Made by a program: the position numbers and the translations under genes. From a virus (lineage: Duplodnaviria; Caudoviricetes): a stretch of DNA of 28,519 nucleotides. Below the pieces are notes generated by a model. It was not told the origin of the DNA. It did no database searches and saw only the letters and a list, made by a program, of their open reading frames with translations. How positions within the stretch are numbered: position 1 is the stretch's first letter; each line of letters begins with the position of its first letter. Location: positions 1 to 28,519 of IMG/VR virus record IMGVR_UViG_3300010376_000788; one strand, 5' to 3'. This document shows, piece after piece, positions 25,861 through 28,519 of this stretch.

Positions 25861-26324
25861 CGGCATGCCACGCAAAGAGGGTGAAATCTTCGCGTCGGGT
25901 GCCGAATTCCGACAGAACGGCTTCCGGAACGGCTCCGAGAGCTACCAGCCACTTGTAGGTGTCCTGGCGCTCGGTGAGCGCCCGACACTCGGCTCGATGA
26001 CAACCGATCTTCAGGAGCGTCGGGATCATAGTCCTCTTGACGTGCCTTGTCATCCCAAGCACCACGCGCCTCCAGCCGGGCGTGCCGAAGGCCCAGACGC
26101 TGGCGCAGGTGGGGGTCATGGGATAGGCCCCCAGGCACGCGACGGGGCCGTTGCTCCAGAACAGCCACCCCATCCCCCGCTGCGCGACGCGGCAGACCGT
26201 ATCCACCAGGGTCTCGGGGTTGAAGCCGATCCCATGCAGCCTCCATCTCGGCCTGATCCGCCGGGCGCAAATTCAGGACGATGTGCCAGAGCGGGTCCGG
26301 CATGACACCCGTGATGACGGTCAT
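25793..26324 (-). pseudogene. T7 gp13-like (internal virion protein A / acetyltransferase-like) gene split by a +1 frameshift
   Basis: N-terminal MTVITGV...NLRPADQAE (ATG 26324, coupled to the nozzle stop) is in a different frame from GPVACLG...VWAFGT...KWL..LGA..E. Span is 532 nt = 3n+1. Confidence 0.7.
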
Positions 26325-27853
26325 CCCGTTTCGCTCGCCGCATAGTGGATGATCATCTTGCTGAAGGTCGCGGGTCCCGGTGCCTGATGCGTAACCTTCA
26401 CCTGAAGATGCGTGCCGCGCCCGCTGATGGGAATGCGTCCGATATTCGTCGTCGGGCCGTCGATGGCGCAGATTTGATCGAAGGGCGGCCCCGGCAGGGA
26501 GGGGTCGAAGCACATCTGAACGTTCCATTCCGACCCGGACTGCGCCCGGCAGATGGCGTCGAAGCCCTGATAGAACTTGAAGGTCGCCGGCTTCTCGAAG
26601 GAAAGCCCGGGCGTGTCGAACTCGACGGGACAGCTGTCATAAGTCAGATCGCCGTAGCTGCCGAAACGCCAGACGTTCCCCTGATCATCGAGGAGGTAGA
26701 CGAAGGGGTCCGCGAACACCATGCCCTGCGGCACGATGTTGAAGCCGGGCACGTAGGTGCTCCAGGCACTGATGTTTGGTGACTGGAAATTCGAGAGGAC
26801 GAAGATGGTGTCCCACATCGCCATCCAGATGCGGCCCGTCCTGGGAGAAAGAATGGTCTGCGTCGAGCCCATGTCCTGAGGATTTCCCGAATATCCCCGG
26901 GTGGCGATCATCTCCTGGATCGTCGGGTCGATGGGCGAGCCTACGTCGGCGACGGCAGCCGTGGTCGTGAGATCACGTGCGCGTAGGGAACGAATTCCAT
27001 GTGCTCCCAAGAAATACACGTCATTAGCCACATATTGTCGCACGCTTTGACGCGATAAAGTTCCTGCGTCTCTGAGGGTTTGATAGTATTGATTGAGTGA
27101 GGGATCGGGATCGAGGAACCACAACTGACAACCCAAAGTGGAAAATATCGCCATCTTGTCATAGTAGACTTCCATCGCGACAAGGTTCTCGCTGTCGCTG
27201 TCGTTCGACCCGAGGCTGATATAGCCGGAGCCGTTATGAGCCACGACGCCACCCACGGGCGGCGGGTCCAGCCAAGTCGTCGGGTCGCCGACAGCGGAAA
27301 AGAACAGGTTGCGGCCGTTCAGGCCATACATCTTCTCCTTATAGGTGCGGCAGGCGAGGCAGCGCCCGTCGGCCTGCGAGACGTAGTTGCCGTCGTAATA
27401 GGCGTAGGAGCCATAGCTGGAAGTGGCAGCTACATAGCCCAGGAAGACCAGGAACATCTTGCCTTCGAAAACATCCCAGTGGGTCAGTTGCTGAAGCGTG
27501 ATGCCGGCCGGGGCCGTGACCTGTATCCAGCCGACCTGCGTGCTCGTCGGCGGGTTGATGCTGGCCCCTCCGGTGCCGTTGGTGAGCACCGCGTAGCACT
27601 GGTTGTTCAGCGAGCAGAGCCCGGCCGGCATGACGCCGAACATGGCCTTGGCGTTGCACCAGTTGACGAAGGCGGACCGCTTCTCGATCTCACCCCCTGG
27701 CGTGATGTGGCAGTTCTGAAGCGTCCGCATGGTGCCTGCGGGCGCAGTCATCAAATCCTTGCGCGTGTCGATGCCGTTCTGGAAATTCGCTATTTCATAA
27801 TATAAAACGCTACCCCCACCCCCAGATAAAGCAGATTTTGGAGCTTTAACCAT
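26321..27853 (-). CDS. Tail nozzle / head-closure protein (P22 gp10 / T7 gp12-like)
   Basis: NFQNGIDTR...LQNCHIT.GGEIEKR start, LFFSAVGDPTTW, VYFLG..GIRSL and AWS.Y give a beta-propeller pattern. Follows the adaptor gene. Start uncertain (27853 or 27883). Confidence 0.8.
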   Translation of the reverse strand: MVKAPKSALSGGGGSVLYYEIANFQNGIDTRKDLMTAPAGTMRTLQNCHITPGGEIEKRSAFVNWCNAKAMFGVMPAGLCSLNNQCYAVLTNGTGGASINPPTSTQVGWIQVTAPAGITLQQLTHWDVFEGKMFLVFLGYVAATSSYGSYAYYDGNYVSQADGRCLACRTYKEKMYGLNGRNLFFSAVGDPTTWLDPPPVGGVVAHNGSGYISLGSNDSDSENLVAMEVYYDKMAIFSTLGCQLWFLDPDPSLNQYYQTLRDAGTLSRQSVRQYVANDVYFLGAHGIRSLRARDLTTTAAVADVGSPIDPTIQEMIATRGYSGNPQDMGSTQTILSPRTGRIWMAMWDTIFVLSNFQSPNISAWSTYVPGFNIVPQGMVFADPFVYLLDDQGNVWRFGSYGDLTYDSCPVEFDTPGLSFEKPATFKFYQGFDAICRAQSGSEWNVQMCFDPSLPGPPFDQICAIDGPTTNIGRIPISGRGTHLQVKVTHQAPGPATFSKMIIHYAASETG

Positions 27854-27861
27854 CAGAATGT

Positions 27862-27979
27862 CTATTCCGTCGGTAACCAGCAATTGCGTTTGGAGCTATT
27901 CTTGCCGGCAGGAAGCATCTGAAGGTTGAAGATGTTGTGCTCTTGCTTCTTTGCAGCTTGTAGGGTAATTTGCATTCAT
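27862..27979 (-). pseudogene. Probable internally deleted HNH endonuclease relic
   Basis: AT-rich. One frame reads MNANYPTSCKEARA and an overlapping frame reads HNIFNLQMLPAGKNSSKRN, resembling the two ends of phage HNH proteins. Confidence 0.45.
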
Positions 27980-27993
27980 TCACCCCTTATATA

Positions 27994-28518
27994 TCAGCCT
28001 TGCGCCGGAATGAAGTCGATGTAAGGCGTCAACTGCCGCCGGTCGTCGTGGATTGGCCCCATATAGCCGCCATCACGGGAAAGTGAGCGCATGGCCCTCT
28101 GCTGCGCGCCAAGGCGCGCCACCAGCAGGCGGCGGTAGGCGTTCGCCTTCTGGAGCTTCATCGCCGCGCCTTCGCTCTTCTGAACCGCCAGGATTTCGGC
28201 GGCGGCCATCAGCACGATGAGCGTGGCGTCGATGATGCAGACATCGGTGTCCGCTACGAGGGGGTTCAGAGGCGCGTTGCCCTCCACCCGAACCGAGATC
28301 ACCGTCGCGTTCGGCATCGGCCATATCTCGAACTGCGCCGCCGGCAGCGTGACGTTGTTCACCTCGTCGTAGGAGGCGAAATTACGCCATCTCTGAGGCG
28401 GGGAGCCCCGGATCGTCTCGCCGCCATAGGCGGCGTAGATGCTCGGGTCGATGCCGTAGGCCAAAGGTGCCCAGTAGGAACCGATCAGGGTCCACAGGCG
28501 CACGATGCTGTCGAAGGG
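27994..28518 (-). CDS. Head-tail adaptor (tail tubular protein A-like), 5' truncated by the window edge
   Basis: Frame is open to the window end. FEIWPMP...PL..DTD....LIVLMAAAE..., directly upstream of the nozzle gene. Confidence 0.7.
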   Translation of the reverse strand, partial: PFDSIVRLWTLIGSYWAPLAYGIDPSIYAAYGGETIRGSPPQRWRNFASYDEVNNVTLPAAQFEIWPMPNATVISVRVEGNAPLNPLVADTDVCIIDATLIVLMAAAEILAVQKSEGAAMKLQKANAYRRLLVARLGAQQRAMRSLSRDGGYMGPIHDDRRQLTPYIDFIPAQG

Positions 28519-28519
28519 A

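Noticed and set aside
1-28519. Diversity-generating retroelement, intron or intein
   Set aside because: No reverse transcriptase motifs or TR/VR pair seen, and the polymerase, helicase and primase are uninterrupted.

Overview
A high-GC segment of a tailed phage genome, most likely a podovirus with no RNA polymerase gene in this window. A perfect GTTC-N7-GTTC LexA box and a host-like LuxR HTH point to an alphaproteobacterial host. Bases 1-1430 are largely non-coding and highly structured: nested inverted repeats, an adenine-free 16-bp tandem array, a 76-bp perfectly alternating purine-pyrimidine tract and a ~340-bp palindrome built from twelve GGATTACA-type octamers (putative origin). Bases 1500-15620 (+ strand) carry early and replication genes: RuvC-like resolvase, small regulators, SNF2-type helicase, DUF2800 Cas4-like nuclease, DUF2815 SSB, family A DNA polymerase and prim-pol/SF3 primase-helicase, then small accessory genes. 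A structured ~200-nt spacer follows. Bases 15838-28519 (- strand) are the late virion module: head-tail adaptor (partial), nozzle, two acetyltransferase-like genes (one frameshifted), ejection/internal virion proteins, a two-domain peptidoglycan hydrolase and two Pro-rich proteins, with an antisense HNH endonuclease and a probable HNH relic. No integrase, capsid, terminase, tRNA or CRISPR array is visible. All family assignments come from recognising motifs by eye, not from database searches.
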